From contig JAZFSF010000155.1 in NCBI GenBank assembly GCA_036446055.1, positions 1 to 34,822 of the forward strand: DNA of 34,822 bases. Direction: 5' to 3'. Positions 34,764-34,822 of this stretch are shown here, in pieces (the stretch's first letter is position 1; every line of letters starts with the position of its first letter). Under the pieces are notes generated by a model that saw only the letters and a program-made list of their open reading frames with translations, was not told the origin of the DNA and made no database searches. The stretch is from Candidatus Bathyarchaeia archaeon. GTDB taxonomy: Archaea > Thermoproteota > Bathyarchaeia > RBG-16-48-13 > GCA-020355125. The position numbers and the translations under genes were made by a program.

Positions 34764-34822
34764 ATCGTTCTCTCAGGTACTTCATGCCTCCTCAACGAAA
34801 TAAGTCTATTTATTTCTATGAA

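Noticed and set aside
1-34822. Search for CRISPR arrays, transposase/integrase genes, toxin-antitoxin pairs or known defence-system genes
   Set aside because: No spaced direct-repeat array, no IS-like terminal inverted repeats and no recombinase-like ORFs were seen. The only MNT-like NTase domain is fused to a kinase-like domain rather than paired with a HEPN gene.

Overview
The window is a chromosomal segment of an archaeon, probably TACK/Thermoproteota-like; it cannot be placed more precisely from the sequence alone. Supporting markers are a Cdv/ESCRT division cluster, r-protein L18e, RNA polymerase subunits D and N, the isopentenyl-phosphate-kinase branch of the mevalonate pathway, an XPB-Bax1 pair, a multi-intron tRNA and an archaeal-type SRP RNA.

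Gene order:
- YkgJ-like Cys-cluster gene.
- An 860-bp AT-rich spacer carrying phased decamer repeats.
- GC-rich XPB helicase plus Bax1 nuclease.
- A 590-bp spacer with a decayed zinc-ribbon ORF.
- A tightly packed minus-strand block: gltX, idsA, fni, ipk, mvk, a Memo-like gene, rps2, rpoN, rps9, rpl18e, rpoD, rps11, rps4, rps13 and a pdxA-family gene.
- tRNA-Ser(GCU) and SRP RNA, divergently transcribed.
- CooC-type ATPase and a small OB-fold protein.
- A three-gene operon: 648-aa hinge-less SMC5/6-like ATPase, ScpA-like kleisin and ScpB-like tandem winged-helix protein.
- ESCRT-III paralogue, cdvA, cdvB and cdvC/Vps4.
- An AT-rich island holding an inverted, decayed P-type ATPase fragment and an intact P-type ATPase.
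- A K+-independent-type H+-pyrophosphatase.
- A nucleotidyltransferase/kinase-like fusion.

No CRISPR array, transposase or integrase was seen. Many genes need TTG or GTG starts, GGAGG-like Shine-Dalgarno motifs are common, and several neighbouring genes overlap by 1-4 nt. The best candidate for a new system is the mini-SMC/kleisin/KITE operon next to the division cluster. All product assignments rest on motif recognition by eye, with no database search.
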